This document shows, piece after piece, positions 62,289 through 64,000 of a stretch of 64,000 nucleotides of DNA. Every line of letters begins with the position of its first letter. Position 1 is the first letter of the stretch. Made by a program: the position numbers and the translations under genes. The notes beneath the pieces were generated by a model. The model was not told the origin of the DNA. It made no database searches and saw nothing but the letters and a program-made list of their open reading frames with translations. Source of the DNA: Antedon mediterranea (taxonomy: Eukaryota > Animalia > Echinodermata); assembly GCF_964355755.1 (NCBI RefSeq), contig NC_092674.1, positions 11,842,001 through 11,906,000 on the forward strand, in the 5' to 3' direction.

Positions 62289-64000
62289 CTGAATTAAGAA
62301 AAAAAATATAGCTGGTGAGCAATGTACATATTACATGTATATGGCGTGTGGCGCAGTGTTCCGACGTTGAACTATTGATCGTGAGTTCGAATCCAAAGCT
62401 CGTCGCATTGCTTGTGTTCTTAAACAAGATACTTTACTTACGTTTACCTCTCTCCACTCAAATGTACAAATAGATATCTGGTATAGGTAAAAACATTATT
62501 GGAGTATGTTTCCAGACGTGTTTGATCCAAAAATATGACTGGGGTAATAATGAGGCTGATTAAGGGCCCTACAATGGTATGTTTTCTGATGATAAGGCCT
62601 ACTATATTTTACAAACAAACTTAAATTTAAGTAAATAAAATTGGCAAACGATAAAAACCAATCAAGATAATACACAATTATAAAACGTACAATACTGAAA
62701 TGTTAGCCTAATTTAAGTAAAGAGGTATTTAAAAGAAACACAAATTGTGTGTTACCAGGTGATGTTTATTTACACAAATGCTATTTAAAAGTTCAGTTCA
62801 ACCAGACTTTCTCAGCTTTAATTATGTTTAAGTATGTTTAATTAAAAGTGATTACATATAAAAATACAGGGAAAATATGGCAATAGTTTCCAAAAATTTT
62901 GTTTGTTGCTATGGCAATAGTTTCCAAAAAAATGTTTTTAAATTTTTCTGAAAAAAAATCGTTCAGAAAATTACACTTTTTCAGTAATTTAGGGGTTATT
63001 AGTACTTGGCGATTGACGCGTTTTTGTCGCCGGTGAACGCGTTGATGTAAGGATGTCTCCCCATCGGTAAAACTTGTAAGTTATAATGTGTCTATAATTT
63101 TAGGCTATACACACAATTAATGCCATTGTTTAGGCCCAAGTAATATTTCAATTGAAAATATCAGTATAATTTACATGTAACATCATGATTTGCACTCTAC
63201 AACAACAAAATCATAACTAGAATTTAATTCGTCACTTTGACGAATTATAGGTGATCATTTCTATCATTTTAATGAAATTATAATTTTTTAAACATGCACG
63301 TACGTTAACATACGACATGATGCATATATTCTTATAGTGCTGTTGTATCTATTATGTGTCATATATAATATGTACAGTATACTGTATATTCATATACAGT
63401 GTAGCATAGGTGAAATTACGTGACCCACATCATGTTCTAATGTTTTGTTATGATGACGTTGTCAAAAAAACTTGAAGATCACAATTTTGAAAGACAATGA
63501 GCAAAAAATTATAAGATTTGGAAAAAAATTTGGCACATAAAATTTGTATAAATTTGACGAAAGAGAGAAAAAATCTAATTGTTAACTTCAATCCGATAGG
63601 CTTAATTTTTATATGAATTCATATCTACATTTCATCAGCTTTCATAATAAATTATAATCATCAAGGTCACATTTTATTCTGAAGAGCTGTAAGATAGTCA
63701 AAATTATGGTGTAGGTGAAATTACACAACCTACGTTATTCAAGATTTTACGCGTGATGACCTCATCAAAATGAAAATGTTGACAACTCATGAGAAAGACA
63801 ATTAATTGAACATTCATATACTAAAGTTTGAGCGAAAATCAGACACAAAATAACCGAGATGCGCTCTGTTGAATGTGATAACCTATGACGAAAGATAAAA
63901 AAACCTAATTTTTAAATTCAAGTGGCCATTTGATGACGTCACAACATTTTGTACGTCAAATGTGTACATTAATTCATATCTACAACTCAATGGCTTAGTG

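Overview
AT-rich, intron-rich animal genomic DNA. The repeat repertoire (Deu/Nin-type SINEs, Tx1, RTEX-like and L2 LINEs, Kolobok, Academ, Helitron and HINE elements) suggests a marine invertebrate, possibly an echinoderm; that is an inference. The window holds two near-identical tandem copies, about 45.7 kb apart, of a minus-strand adhesion GPCR gene with the architecture signal peptide, WSC domains, GAIN/GPS, 7TM. Copy A (254-17011) can be spliced by hand into 20 phase-consistent exons encoding about 784 aa with two WSC domains. Copy B (45984 to beyond the window end) carries an extra duplicated linker/WSC block with one intact and one dead WSC exon. Between the copies lie a frameshifted WSC exon (20719-20990), a second paralogous signal-peptide exon (39464-39509), an 11.7-kb nest of LINEs inside TIRs, a FAM124-family pseudogene split by a 36-bp satellite, and many non-autonomous elements. 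The most interesting signal is a modular, all-phase-1 WSC exon cassette system showing block gain and loss, patchwork substitutions and an inverted-repeat-flanked exon. It may be a diversifying glycan-sensing receptor array. All calls come from manual reading with no database search.
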